32,000 nt of DNA from Candidatus Saccharimonadota bacterium. Lineage in GTDB: Bacteria > Patescibacteriota > Gracilibacteria > BD1-5 > UBA6164. Below, piece by piece: positions 31,696 through 32,000 of this stretch; position 1 is the stretch's first letter; each line of letters begins with the position of its first letter. The translations under genes were made by a program, and so were the position numbers. Where the stretch lies: positions 660,001 to 692,000 of the forward strand of contig OY782392.1 of the NCBI GenBank assembly GCA_963677765.1, written 5' to 3'. The notes beneath the pieces were generated by a model that saw only the letters and a list, made by a program, of their open reading frames with translations, searched no databases and was not told the DNA's origin.

Positions 31696-32000
31696 ATGAT
31701 CCATATAAACTTTTCAAATAAATGTTCAAAAGATAATAAGTTAATCACAGATATGACAGAAGAAGAATATTATCAATATAGAAGATGTCATGCGATTAAT
31801 ATTCTTAATTGATTTATTTTTTCATCAATTTTACCGATTATTATTATTTTTGTAATTTATTTAAGCTGAGAAATTAAATATTTTATTGAATATCCATATA
31901 TTTCTTGAATTATTTCTATTTTTTTTGTTCCATCTATTTTTTTTATGTTTTGGTATTTTTTTATGTTATTTTTTAATTATAGATCTGGAACTTATCTTTT
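31696..32000 (+). CDS. Hypothetical membrane protein, N-terminal fragment that runs off the window end
   Basis: The ORF is open under table 25 to the end of the window (MIHINFSNKCSKDNKLITDMTEEEYYQYRRCH...). It then has hydrophobic segments (FIFSSILPIIIIFVIYL, IISIFFVPSIFFMFWYFFMLFF). Confidence 0.45.

Overview
This is a strongly AT-rich bacterial chromosomal segment that is only readable when TGA is translated as glycine (translation table 25, used by Gracilibacteria and Absconditabacteria/SR1 in the Patescibacteria/CPR). In-frame TGA falls on invariant glycines of DnaK, the AtpA and AtpD P-loops, GDH, Tmk, an ABC ATPase and RpoD. The supplied standard-code ORF track is therefore heavily fragmented and many of its entries are antisense artefacts. 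I re-read the window by hand with TGA=Gly and checked start and stop frames by modular arithmetic. That gives about 35 tightly packed genes: dnaK (with a CIRCE operator), proS, a stand-alone cNMP-binding protein, rlmH, an ECF sigma / anti-sigma-like / secreted beta-propeller module, a complete F1Fo ATP synthase operon, dnaG-rpoD, tmk, yraN, trmB, a nitroreductase, gdh, an ABC-F ATPase, yjjX, gpx and several hypothetical or membrane proteins. I found no rRNA, tRNA, CRISPR array or obvious mobile element. The main finding is the ATP synthase locus (8.5-18.4 kb). Instead of one ~75-aa c subunit gene, it has two paralogous genes (447 and 449 codons) flanking atpB. Each encodes six complete c-subunit hairpins fused head to tail, giving 12 hairpins in total with a ~225-nt period, and every hairpin keeps the ion-binding Glu. 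The motifs resemble Na+ / two-carboxylate binding sites, and the ABABAB sub-periodicity points to a duplicated unit that was then triplicated. The operon also has a terminator-like hairpin after the first c6 gene, a short delta subunit, and a small membrane protein plus an RNase H wedged between atpG and atpD. Secondary observations are a ~50-bp direct repeat flanking a 1.5-kb three-gene cassette, a (TA)n tract that splits a small gene into two frames, a perfect 19-bp inverted repeat abutting the gpx start codon, and no Shine-Dalgarno motifs.
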